From contig JAWMAR010000025.1 in NCBI GenBank assembly GCA_036785375.1, positions 8,742,001-8,806,000 on the forward strand: a stretch of DNA of 64,000 bases, given 5' to 3'. This document shows, piece after piece, positions 26,322 through 37,599 of this stretch (position 1 is its first letter; each line of letters starts with the position of its first letter). The position numbers and the translations under genes are program-made. This DNA comes from Leucoraja ocellata. Lineage: Eukaryota. A model generated the notes under the pieces. The model did not search any database and was not told the DNA's origin. It saw only the letters and a list, made by a program, of their open reading frames with translations.

Positions 26322-26744
26322 TGGCAAAGCTCTTGACATGAAGATAAATGTACACAGCCACAGTTTCAGCATATCTGTATGAGAGTCCACTCAGGGGTTT
26401 AATCACTACATGTTTAGTGCAAGATGCTGCCACATATCATTGCCCTCCTTAAGGAATTGTAGAGTCTGTCCCAACGTTTCCAAAGAAGGCATTGATCAGT
26501 TAGCTGCGGTGGAACCTCACTATGTTTACTCAGATGTTGTCTCTATATTTTTAAATATTCAAATATTTAAAGAATGTACACGAGTCAAGTCACCAAAACG
26601 GGAAGTGCTGGAAGCACTCAGCAGGTCAGGCAGCATCAGTGGAACAGGAAACAAAGCAATTAGCGAATGGAAATAAGTACCAAATACTTTATTAAAATAA
26701 TGTTTCATATTACCAGTGATTGACTTTGATGCATTTCATTACAG

Positions 26745-26959
26745 CTGCAGTAGTTGTGACTCCGGACAAAAGTCCAAGACCAGTTACCACTTCTGTGCCA
26801 ACAATATCTCAGAGTCATTCGGTGGAAGTCAGTAGCCCCCCCACAATTGATACAACAAGAGTGACTGAATCGAATGCAGTTGAACAGGAAGCAAAGGGTA
26901 AAATAAAACAAGAAGAACGTCTGGTTGACAGAAGATCTGAACCAGCCCAAGAAGTCAAG
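26745..26959 (+). CDS. EPB41: EPB41 exon 13 (U2 region)
   Basis: ttacag|(A)AVVVTPDKSPRPVTTSVPT...EPAQEVK|gtatgc; 215 nt restores phase 0; SPRP motif as in mammalian exon 13. Confidence 0.88.
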
Positions 26960-27429
26960 GTATGCCCTGAACTGATTTTATGTTTTTAGTCTAGTTTAGT
27001 TTAGATACAGCGTGGAAACGGGCCCACTGAGTCCGCACCATCCAGTGATCCCCACACGTTGAAACTATCCTACACACACAAACATTAGGGACAAATTTTG
27101 CACTTGTACCAAGCCAATTAGCCTACAAATCTATACGTCAAACCTTTTTAGTAATTAAATCATCCAGAATCTAGCCCGAGCACAGGTTTTATTATCTGGT
27201 ACGGTTTAGCAGCCTTCTGTGGTATTTTAAGCAATTTGCATTCTAGGTGTGTGTTTTTACTTAAGAAAGAATAATTCATGTTTTCTTTGCCAAATGAAAG
27301 GACTAAAAATGTGAGCTGAATGATTATTGTTAACAGATCAACTTTATTATTCACTTTGCGATATAAACCTGTCAAGGAAGAATTGGAAGTGCATCCTAAA
27401 AATAAACCTAGCAATCTGTTTGAAAATTC

Positions 27430-27990
27430 CAGGGTTGATTGGGTTAACATTTGAAGAGCATTTGATAACTCTGAGCCTGAACTCACTGCAGTTTGGTAGC
27501 ATGGGGGGGGATTTTGTTGAGATCCATGGAATAATGAAAGGCTTAGGTAGAATGGGTGTGGAGCGGATGTTTCCTGTAGTGGGAGGGTCTGAGACCAGAG
27601 GGCATGGCCTGAGAACACCCAAAGAAAACCCATAAGGTCATAGGGAGAATGTGCAAACTCTATACAGGCAGCACCCGCAGTCAGGGTCGAACCCGGTTCT
27701 CCGCTGTTGTATGGCCGCAGCTCTATCGCTGCGCTAATGCGCCACCCAGAATGATGAGGAGGAATTTCTTTAGCCAGAGGGTGGTGAATCTGGAATTCAT
27801 TGCCACAGACTACTGTGGAAGCCGTCATTGGGTATTTTTAAAGTGAAGCCCAATTAATTGTTCTCAATTAGCAAGAGTATAAAAGGTTACGAGGAGAATG
27901 GGTTTGAGAGGGAAAAATAAATCCGCCATGATCAAATGGCGGGGCAGACTCAATGGGCCAAATAGCCTAATTCTGTTCCTTTCTTTTATG
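27430..27990 (+). mobile_element. CR1-type LINE 3' fragment interrupted by a V-SINE (27617-27746, minus)
   Basis: MKGLGRMGVERMFPVVGGSETRGHGL frame resumes as MRRNFFSQRVVNL after the SINE. Confidence 0.8.
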
Positions 27991-28538
27991 ATCAAAATGG
28001 CATACAAGCCTCCACCAGATTTTTAATGGTTATGTGCAAATATTTTTTCTAATTATTTATTCATTATTGGTAGTTGAGTGTCAAACTGATAACGTGCTTT
28101 ACCTGTTTGAACATGTACTGCCTTTGAAATGGAGCAGCAACTGATGTGCGGGAAGAGCCACACTTCTTATCGCTTAATTTTTTTGCCTTTATTAAAGAAA
28201 CAGCAGATGCTACCTTTTTACTGCAGTGTATTCACAGTAATACATGAGGGTTTTTGTTTTGATTTGTTGAAGCTTATTGATATCGGATGCAGTTGTGTAC
28301 ATCAAGGTTTACAGATATTTATGAAGGATAAACAGAAGGAACCAATCTGCTGGAGGAACTCGGTTTGGAGTGGAGGCGTTGAGTGGCATCCGTGGAAGGA
28401 AATGAACAGTCGACATTTCAGGTCAGAAACCTTCATCTGGATTGTCCAGATAAAGGGTTCCAATCTGAAAAGTTAACCATCCACTTCTCTCCATGAATCC
28501 TGCTCTACATGCTGAGTTCTTCCAGTAGATGGTTTGTA

Positions 28539-28846
28539 AAGGGCCTGTTCCACTATACGAGTTTACCCAAGAGCTCTCCCGAGTTTAAAAAAAAATCTAA
28601 CTCGTGGTAAGTATGTAGAATGTACGTAGCAGGTACGTCGGAGCTCGGGATGGCTCTTAGCGGCTCGTAACGCTAACGGCCGGTACTCGGGGAAACGCGG
28701 TAAGCTCGTGAAGTTTTTTCAACGTTGAAAAATGTCCACGAGAGCCCCTATCACCTAGGAGCGGCTATTACCATAATTCTCCAAGTTCGAATCAGGGGAA
28801 ACTCGGGAGAACTCTTGAATTACCTTGTACAGTGGGACAGGCCCTT
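28539..28846 (+). mobile_element. About 300-bp MITE, copy 2
   Basis: TA|AAGGGCCTGTTCCACT...AGTGGGACAGGCCCTT|TA; subterminal inverted ctcccgagttt/aaactcgggag; interrupts a Penelope-like repeat. Confidence 0.85.
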
Positions 28847-29124
28847 TAACTCTGATTCCCGCAGTCTCTTGTATGTGCAGAAGTTAATTCCTTTCTATTG
28901 AAAACTGTCAGTTTAATTTGAAAAGTTAGTTAAAACATATCTATTGTCAAATTAGATCAATTGAAAATGGAACACTTAACCTGCTAATGAATGAAAGTTA
29001 CAATGAGAGTTTCAAAATGCAAAATTTTACTCAACCCAGATTTGAAACATTTTAATATGTAAAATTAGATTCCTGAAAATAAAATTAATTTTGAGTATTT
29101 CCTTTTTTATTTCTGATGACCTAG

Positions 29125-29184
29125 GCCCCTGCGCAGCAAACTGAAACCACTCCAATTCCTACCACAGCAAATGATAAATTACAG
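29125..29184 (+). CDS. EPB41: EPB41 cassette exon 14 homologue
   Basis: acctag|APAQQTETTPIPTTANDKLQ|gtttgt; 60 nt, phase 0/0; position and sequence resemble mammalian exon 14. Confidence 0.75.
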
Positions 29185-29299
29185 GTTTGTTTCCGAATTG
29201 GAATGAAAACCAGTTCAAGTATTAGATCATTTTAAATTTTTTGGAAGTCATGAGGACATGGCTCACTAAATTTCATCTCTTTCCACAACATTTATACAG

Positions 29300-29338
29300 C
29301 AAAAGCCTGAAGGAGAAGAAGTCGTTAAAATGCGCAAG
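29300..29338 (+). CDS. EPB41: EPB41 cassette exon 15 homologue
   Basis: atacag|QKPEGEEVVKMRK|gttagc; 39 nt, phase 0/0; ends in MRK like mammalian exon 15. Confidence 0.82.
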
Positions 29339-29626
29339 GTTAGCATTATTGGCGTTTTTGTAGCTCGGTCTTTGTCCTTGTTTCCACAATTGTTTCCTTT
29401 GGTTTATAGCATTATGTTTGTTCATCAATAATGAATTGCCACATTCTGCTTTTTTTCTTTTTTGATCAAATCTGGGAGTGTTCTTGTGGTTCCATGATCA
29501 TCCCGTATAGATTCTGCTGCGCTAATGGAAGTTTTTTTGGACACTTTTTATTTGCTACTTTGCAATGCCACAAGAACAACATTTTAATTTTTGTGCTTTT
29601 CTTTTTTCCCTTCTTTCATTTCGCAG

Positions 29627-29689
29627 AAGAGATCAAAGAAAATTGAGGGTGAAAACATTTATGTCAGGCATAGCAATTTAATGTTGGAG
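29627..29689 (+). CDS. EPB41: EPB41 exon 16 (regulated SAB cassette, 21 aa)
   Basis: tcgcag|KRSKKIEGENIYVRHSNLMLE|gtttgt; 63 nt; long polypyrimidine tract; weak GTTTGT donor. Confidence 0.96.
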
Positions 29690-29775
29690 GTTTGTATGAA
29701 CTGAAAGCTTGTTATCATCAAGTTGTCTTTAGCCTACAGTTCTGCATTCATTCTTTGGCTGCATTAACACAATTT

Positions 29776-29867
29776 TGCATGTGCTGCATGTGAAACAAGA
29801 CACATACATTATTATGTTTTTGTTAATAAAAGCCCTGCTTCTTTCTTTATAAGCAAGCATGGGCATG
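29776..29867 (+). promoter_or_regulatory. RBFOX-type intronic splicing enhancer cluster downstream of exon 16
   Basis: TGCATG at 29776-29781 and 29785-29790; GCATG at 29857-29861 and 29863-29867. Mammalian exon 16 is activated by RBFOX2 through similarly placed UGCAUG motifs. Confidence 0.8.
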
Positions 29868-32800
29868 TTTGTGCTTTTTTTTCCTTTAAGCTGCTTGAAA
29901 TTATGGATGGGAAAGTGGTCTATTAAGATGATCCATTTTGTAAGTGTGTAGTTAGACCAATTGAACAAAATGAGAACTATTTTGGAACCTGTGCAACGCT
30001 GTTCTGGTGATGTTGCACGCAATGTATTTCCGTGAATATAGAAATTAAAGTAAGATTCACTGCTCACATTTTGGTGATTCTTGAAACCACAATGATGCAT
30101 TTTGGCTTAAAGAGACAGTGTTCCATTTGGGTAATTTACATCCGTTACTGAATGAGCTGTCATAGTTCTGGACTCCTGATCAAGTGACACAAATTTGAAT
30201 CCTACCATTGCAGCTGAGAAATTTATATTCAGGAAAGGGAACTAGAATTATTTTTAAAGAAATGAATCTACTGGAATATCATAATGTCCTTCAGGAAAGG
30301 AAACCTGGCATCATTACCCTATTTGGCCTCTATGTGACCCCCAGATCCAGCAGTGCAGCTGACTCAACTACTTCCTCCATACAGGAACAATTAAGGAAGG
30401 ATAATAATTGCCAGCATTGTCAGTGGTGTATTTGTACCCTGAACAAATGAATGAGGAGAAAACATCAGAAACATAATATGACCTTATCTCCTTTTGAGTT
30501 TAAACTATTGTTTTGCTAACTACATAAAATGTATGGTATCTACAGAAGACTATCACTTATGTTTGACCTGTGCATTTTATTCCATGGTTGTTGTTCTCCT
30601 CTCTTGCCATGTAGAGAACATATAACAGTACAGTTGAACATGAGGCCAAGTTAAATTAATCTTCTCCGCCTGCATGTGATCTATATCTTTTCATTCCCTG
30701 TATATCCATGTACCTATCCAAAAGCCTCTTAAATGCCACTATGGTATCTGCCTCCATCGCCAACCCTGACAGCTCACTCCAGACACCCATCACTCTCTGT
30801 GTATAAAAACTAGCCCCCACGCATCTTTAAACTTTGTCCCTTCTTTAAACTTTATCCATCTCATCTTAAAGCTATGCCATCTGGCCTTTCACATCTCCAC
30901 CTTTGGAAAAGGCTTCTGAAGATGAGAATGAAGATATCTTGAATTTATATTTAAAGAAGATGATTTGAAATTCAACATCTCGCAAGTTATTTCCTAGAAA
31001 TTGCAAATGCTAATGAGACTTTGAGCTTCATATTTCACATCTCATTATATCACAGAAGATGCCATTTGGCTCATTGAGTCTACTTTATCCCTCGGAGAAA
31101 CCAATCAATTCCTCCACATGCAAGTATTTTCACATGGGGCCATTGACACCCCCTCAATTTTCCACCAGCCACATACACCAGACAATTAAACCCCAATCAG
31201 CACATCTTTGTGATATGGGAGGAAACCAAAGTACCGGAGGAAACCCATGTGGTCACAGACAAAGCCACGCAAACTCCACACAGACCACATCAGAGCTCAG
31301 ATTCAGTCTTGGGTTACTGGAGCTGTGAGGAAGCTGTAAGACAGCTGTACCGTGTAGGTAGACTAATTATTTTAGAAAATAGATGAATAGATGTTACCTG
31401 TTCTGAAGATTCACAGAAAAGTACTTTAGTGAGGCAACTAAGACACAGAAAAATTGTGTAATCATTGTACAATGGCAATGTAGTGTGAGAAAGCTGAAAG
31501 AAAATATGCAGAACAGCACCCTCTTTTGTGCACCAAGGTAAATTCATCAATTATGTGTATTCTTAACTGGTGTATTTTTCCATCAACAGTATAACAAGGT
31601 TTTTATATATACCTTTTATATACCTCCTTATAAACATTCATTCTCCTGATTACATTCACTTACATTCAGTAACAATAACAATATTTTTCATTGTATCTCG
31701 ACACATGACAATAACACCCTGATAATCTTTTCCTTGAGCCATTCTCCCGCAGATTGTGCTTTTTAAATGTGTGGGGTTAGCTACTCTATATTCCACATCA
31801 GGGCAGCTATACCTAGATCTTTTTATTTAGTGTTCAGATGGGCTCTTTGCAGGAGGTATTATGAATAGTGATAAAATATTGGAGACCTTTTGATTTTTTT
31901 TTTTTAAACTGCAAATTGTGCTGAATTCTGTCAATTCACTGCAAACTGGGAATAGGAACTGGAATCGTGGTGTTTTATTACCTCATCATTTTTTCCCCGT
32001 ATATTTCAGACTTAATCATGAAATCTGGACTTTCTAAATCTAATCACCTGATTTGCATCTAAGTTCCCATAAAACAGGACTTCTTGATGCAGTCTGATAA
32101 AGATCGGTCGATTCATCATGGATCATTACATTGAAAAATCACACAATAAATAATCTATTCTCACGTCAGTTTCAGCATCAACCATAGAATCAACCATAGA
32201 TCAGCCATGATCACATTGAATGGCAGTGCTGGCTCGAAGGGCCGAATGGCCTACTCCTGCACCTATTGTTTAATTGGGATTGATTCTGGATCTTGGTATT
32301 TAGCAATGTTCCCATTACTTTTGTTTTACTTTTAAATGTTAAAATATTAAATAATATTTAAAATGGTAAAATATTACTTTCAGATCGGGCTTCCTTTTAA
32401 ACATTCAGCAGCTTATTTTGGGTTCTCCTCTACATAAAGGGAATCGAGTGATGAAAAGTGCAGAAAAGTCACCGTGAGATGAAAAAATTCGGCCATGACC
32501 GACTTAAAAGTTGGAGTAGGGGTAGGCCTGAAAGGTTCAACGGTCTCCTCCCACTTTTGTTTCTTGTGTTCTCGCACAAATAGCAGCAAAATTTACTTAT
32601 GGACCTGCAGAATGCTGCTTATTGCACAAAAACAGGAGAGTAAAGTGCAAAGAATCAATGATTTATAATTTTTGGACATATCAAACACAAATGTAATGCT
32701 CCTTCTTCACTGTCTCTTTATGCTGCAATGTACTATTTTGCCAACTTCCTATCCATAAGCTTGTAAAGAAAACAGAACGTTTTTTTGTTGCTTCTGGCAT

Positions 32801-33592
32801 TGTGTGTGTTCCATTTCATCTGTGCCTGTGTTCAAACATTGTGGTAAGTTAGTAGGGCAGCTGAAAGAGAAGTAGGATTTGTGGTACAGTTGCTTAATGA
32901 CCCCACCATACATCTTGGAAGATTTGTTGCTTTCTCCTTTCCATATTGATTCATTGATTTTCAGAGTGTTCACTAGTGAGCAGTTTACTTGAAGACTTTG
33001 ACGTTGTGCAGAGGTATACACTAAAATGGTCAGTCAAATTTTTATTTGCTTTTTTGGCAGTGGTGGAGGGGGGAGGGGGGAGGAAAGAATTTAAATTCCT
33101 TAATACCTCCCTGAGCCAGGAAAATATTCAACCCATGACCCTGACTAGAAAGTGGGTGGATTGGCTGAGAATAGATTTGGGATCAGTTTAGAATACCTGA
33201 GCAAAACACATAGTCTGTCAACAGCCATTTTTCAACTTCATGCATGAAGATTGACCAGTTGGGTAAGATACTAGAGGGACACCACAAGGCCCAACCTCAT
33301 TAAGGGGACTATCCTCCTTGGGAAGAAGGAAAAAAGTGGTTAAAAATAGAATGCATCTACCATGCTCCAATAAAATTCTGCACTAAATTTGAATAACAAA
33401 GCTAATGATACAGAAATGTATCTTTAAATTTATTTGTAAAATATCTAGTATTCGCTTGCTTTCTCTAAAACATGGCGATTAACAAATTAATTTTATGATG
33501 GTCCTTTGAGAATGGTGCAGGCCTTTCAACTTTTAATAAAAATGAGTGAAATTTAAAATATCTTTCTCCTTTGCTTCATTGTTTTGTAATAG

Positions 33593-33772
33593 GATCTCGA
33601 CAAAACCCAGGATGAAATAATGAAGCATCATGCTAGTATCAGTGAACTAAAGCGGAACTTTATGGAGTCTGTACCTGAACCTCGCCCCAGTGAATGGGAT
33701 AAACGCCTCTCGGCACACTCGCCTTTTAGGACCACGAATGTCAACGGACCAATTCAAGCCGGCACAGAAGAA
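33593..33772 (+). CDS. EPB41: EPB41 exon 17 (SAB core)
   Basis: taatag|DLDKTQDEIMKHHASISELKRNFMESVPEPRPSEWDKRLSAHSPFRTTNVNGPIQAGTEE|gtaagt; 180 nt. Confidence 0.96.
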
Positions 33773-33980
33773 GTAAGTTTGTAATTGTAATTATTAGCCA
33801 AGTATGTATGATATTTTGTTCCTTCATTAAAATAAAGTTTTCTTGCAATAATACATCACAGAGCCAGATGCAGAAAACAACTTTCGACTTTCTTTCAATT
33901 CCAAATGCCTTGGAAATGTATGACTCTTTCTGCCAAAAGATCTGGGTGCAGGGTCAATTAAGACGGACTATTGAAGTATA

Positions 33981-34565
33981 CAGGTAGTTCTGCTATATCA
34001 TAGTTGTATTACGAACAAATCTTGTGTTATAGAAAATTGCATTAGCGTACCAGTTGTATCAATGGGGGAAAGTGGGGTTAGGGGGCTAGAGAGTTTCAGA
34101 TTCACTAACAACATTTTTTCCTGCAACATTTTCAAAAGTAGGTTTTTTTAAAGTAGTTAAGTTTATTTTTGTTGCTATAAAATACAAATACTAAAGGCTG
34201 TGTCTTTTACTGTAAAAATACTAAAGGCTGTGTATTACGTTGTTAAATGGAGTATCATTGCATAAGTATCAATAGAAGTGATTGTTGTCAATTTAAATGG
34301 CTTCCCCATGGTGAATCTAGTAGCTGTGTTTTTATGAAATGATGGCGTCTGAATGCTGTGGTGAGATTATATGTAAAGGTCTTGCTTGCAACTCTTTTTT
34401 CCATTATGGGGTTTTTCTGCACATTATGTCCAAAGTAACTTTTAAGTGGCCGTCTAGTTCCCAATCAAAATTGCATTATAACCATTTCAGCCCTTGTAAT
34501 ACAAACAGTATTCCCTAATTCATCAATTGCTTTATGTAAACTGACATTATAGTAGAACTGGATAG
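33981..34565 (+). mobile_element. Same old DNA transposon family, copy 3
   Basis: TA|CAGGTAGTTCTGCTATA start with imperfect inverted end TATAGTAGAACTG near 34548-34560. Confidence 0.55.
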
Positions 34566-36053
34566 TTGAGAATTGACTAGAGGCAGGAATATGTTGAAAC
34601 ACCAATCAGTCATGATCTCAGTAAATGGTACAGTAGGCCAGTGGCTGTAGAGTTCCTGATCATACAACAAACTTTTTGCAGAGGTTTGGAAAACAAATTT
34701 CATAGTTCAGGAGCAAAACGAGACAGGCTGAACTTGAGGTGAAAACTGCCGGAGTTAGAAATGGAAATAATTTCCACAGCTGCCTCTAGAAGCTCTTATC
34801 TAAAGTGCCTGCCACCATAGCTATATCACATTTAATCCGGCCAAAAAATGTATCCATCTTTCTTACTTGACCAGTTTTAATGTATTTATAATGAAAACAC
34901 ATACAGGCTTCCCTCAATTCATAAATCCAAAAATTCGCTCTCTTTGAATTTATGTGGGGGAAAAAAAAGTAGGTAAATGTAATTTTTTTTTTTCAATTCT
35001 GGTTTCTTGACGCATGTGCAGATAACAAGACTTTGATTTTATGGAGAATCACGATATTGATTGTTTTCTAGGAGTGCAACCCTCTCCCCTCTCCCAATAT
35101 AACGCAGTGGCCACCTGTATTCTCGCAGGTCCTTTAATGGCATGTATATTTTTATATAAATTCTTAAGATAAACAAAATGCTGGTGTGATACAAATTCCT
35201 GTTTGATGTATTTCCAAGTTATTTTAAATCGAACTTTGAATTCCAAGAAATGTTCAAATCTCAGTGCTTGTAAGTCAGCTTACATTGCATATCTTGTTTT
35301 TTAACCTCTCGAGTGAGGGGCCTGCAGTAACAAATGATCTTGTTAAATTGATTCAAATGGGATTAAGATATTACATCAGTGATTAATTAGAACTGAGTGG
35401 TGCTTGAAAGAATGGATGGTAATAAAAATCGAGGTCCTTATACAATCTTGTTGAACGTTTAACCTTTTAAGATATTCTTTTGTGTAGCTTGTTCCACATT
35501 TACACCCGTAATATTTACAATGTTTGAAATCTTATCCTTTACCAGTTTGAAATATGCTTTTAATTCGTATGTATCTGCTCAGAAATTGGATTGGTTATTG
35601 TTTTATTTTGGCACAGTGTGATCCAAAGCAAGAGTAAATCATGTTAATGATCGTTTTCAGGTTAAAATTCTGTCAATTGCTAAATCGATGTGGGCACTTC
35701 CAGTAGCACAATCAATGTTTTCCATTATCAGACGTGCACCAATGATGTGCAGCATATGTTTTAACTGCTTGGAAGTCCCAGGTCCAGAAAACAGCCATCA
35801 TTGAATTATCACTGGGGGAAAAAAAAATGCAGAGCACAATGTGTTGCGTTCTTCATTTATTTGCCATTTAAAGAGTCACTCTGCTGACATCAGGACAATT
35901 TGCAAGGCTGGAGGCAGTCCAAGGTGCTCCTCTGTGTTCGCATAAAGAGATTGTTGGAAAAGGTAACTCGGGAGAAAATTTACATCTATGATCATCCTGT
36001 TTGCAGGCAACACAAGGATCAGACTAGCTGTGGCAGGCAATGTAGGAACCCAG

Positions 36054-36149
36054 GGTTACACAGAAAAGCTGGAGAAACTCAGCGGGTGCAGCAGCATCTA
36101 TGGAGCGAAGGAAATAGGCAACGTTTCGGGCCGAAACCCTTCTTCAGAC
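36054..36149 (-). mobile_element. Penelope-like short repeat with intact minimal hammerhead core
   Basis: Minus strand GT-CTGAAGA-A-GGGT-TTCG-GCCC-GAAA-CG-TT; 95 nt identical to 61732-61826. Confidence 0.7.
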
Positions 36150-36942
36150 AAACATGTAGGAACCCAACTGACTCTCAGTGAGGGGGTATAAAAATGCACA
36201 ATGGTTAAGACGCGTCTTCTGTGCAGCCTCCCTCTTTCCCCTCGGTATCTTGTGTGCAAGTCATGCTTGGTTGTCTGGGGATAGTGCCTTTACTGCTGCT
36301 GATATTTTCTGAGAGTTTGCAAGGCAAAGTGTTAACTAACGTTACTCCTTTTTGGACCCACTAGTCACAATTGAATGTATTCTGAATCAGAAACCAGGCC
36401 CACACAGTTATGTGCTTGTTCTTAACACATTTTCCATTCTCTTTGTGGGAGGACCTGATTTGGAACTAGAACTTCATGCAGTGATCTTTCACCAAGAGTG
36501 TTTTCCTTTAATCATTTGAAAGCCTAATCCGATAAAATGTTTTGAAAAGGCTTGCCTGCTTAGAAACCAACCCAAAAAAGATCCTGTAACTTTTGCTGCC
36601 GTCATCATTATTCAGGAAATCCCATAGTAACTAATCTCTTATTTCCTGAGTATGGCTTCTTTCACTTTGGCTGCAGTTGAAAATTAACTAGATTTGTTCA
36701 TCTCAGGAATTGCTTTTTGAGTGAAAATCGCCGCAAGATAAAAAGGAGCAATAACAGAGCATTATTAATTAGGTTGAATTTATTTTGTAATTTATTCATT
36801 TAATCCGTTGTTTAAAATATCTACAACCATTGTAAGCTGTGACGTAGACATTTCGTAACTATCTAAATTCCAAAATTCATGCCAAAATAACAATTGGTGT
36901 GATGTAATTATTTTCTGATTTAAGATCATTGACCACATAATA

Positions 36943-37333
36943 CATAGACATAGAAACATAGAAAATAGGTGCAGGAGTAGGCCATTCGGCCCTTCGAGCC
37001 TGCACCGCCATTCAATATGATCATGGCTGATCATCCAATTCAGTATCCTGTACCTGCCTTCTCTCCATATCCCCTGATTCCTTTAGCCACAAGGGCCACA
37101 TCTAACTCCCTCTTAAATATAGCCAATGAACTGGCCTCAACTACATTCTGTGGCAGAGAATTCCAGAGATTCACCCGTAATATTTACAATGTGTAAAAAA
37201 ATGTTTTTCTCATCTCGGTCCTAAAAGATTTCCCCTTTATCCTTAAACTGTGACCCCTTGTTCTGGACTTCCCCAACATCGGGAACAATCTTCCTGCATC
37301 TAGCCTGTCCAACCCCTTAAGAATTTTGTAAGA
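36943..37333 (-). mobile_element. Young CR1-type LINE 3' end
   Basis: Close reverse complement of 57290-57666; (CATAGAAA)n tail. Confidence 0.88.
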
Positions 37334-37599
37334 ATTTAAGAACATGCAGAACAGTGGTGCAGGTAATAGAGTTGCTACTTCGCAGCTCCACCTCTGGTGC
37401 CTCTACCATTTGCATTTTCCCTCCTTGATTTCCTTAGTGTGTTATACTTTCTTAGCGCATTCCAAAGACGTGCAGGTTGTTCGGTCACTATAAATTGTAC
37501 TTTAGTAAATTAATCTGGGGTGGGTGAGGGCAGTTGATGGGAAGGTGGATGTTTCCATGCTGTATAACTGACATTTGATGTAGATAAGGACATAAATAT

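Noticed and set aside
27160-27828. Longest minus-strand ORF (222 aa)
   Set aside because: Runs antisense across CR1 and SINE fragments; no protein-like motifs.
30130-30455. Degenerate SINE-like sequence (DeuSINE/SINE2 type); similar vague signals at 7480-7700 and 54490-54720
   Set aside because: Probably an old repeat, but too decayed to classify without a library search.
35988-36191. Identical peptide GYTEKLEKLSGCSSIYGAKEIGNVSGRNPSSD in ORFs at 35988 and 61693
   Set aside because: Translation of the repeated hammerhead-bearing element, not a gene family.
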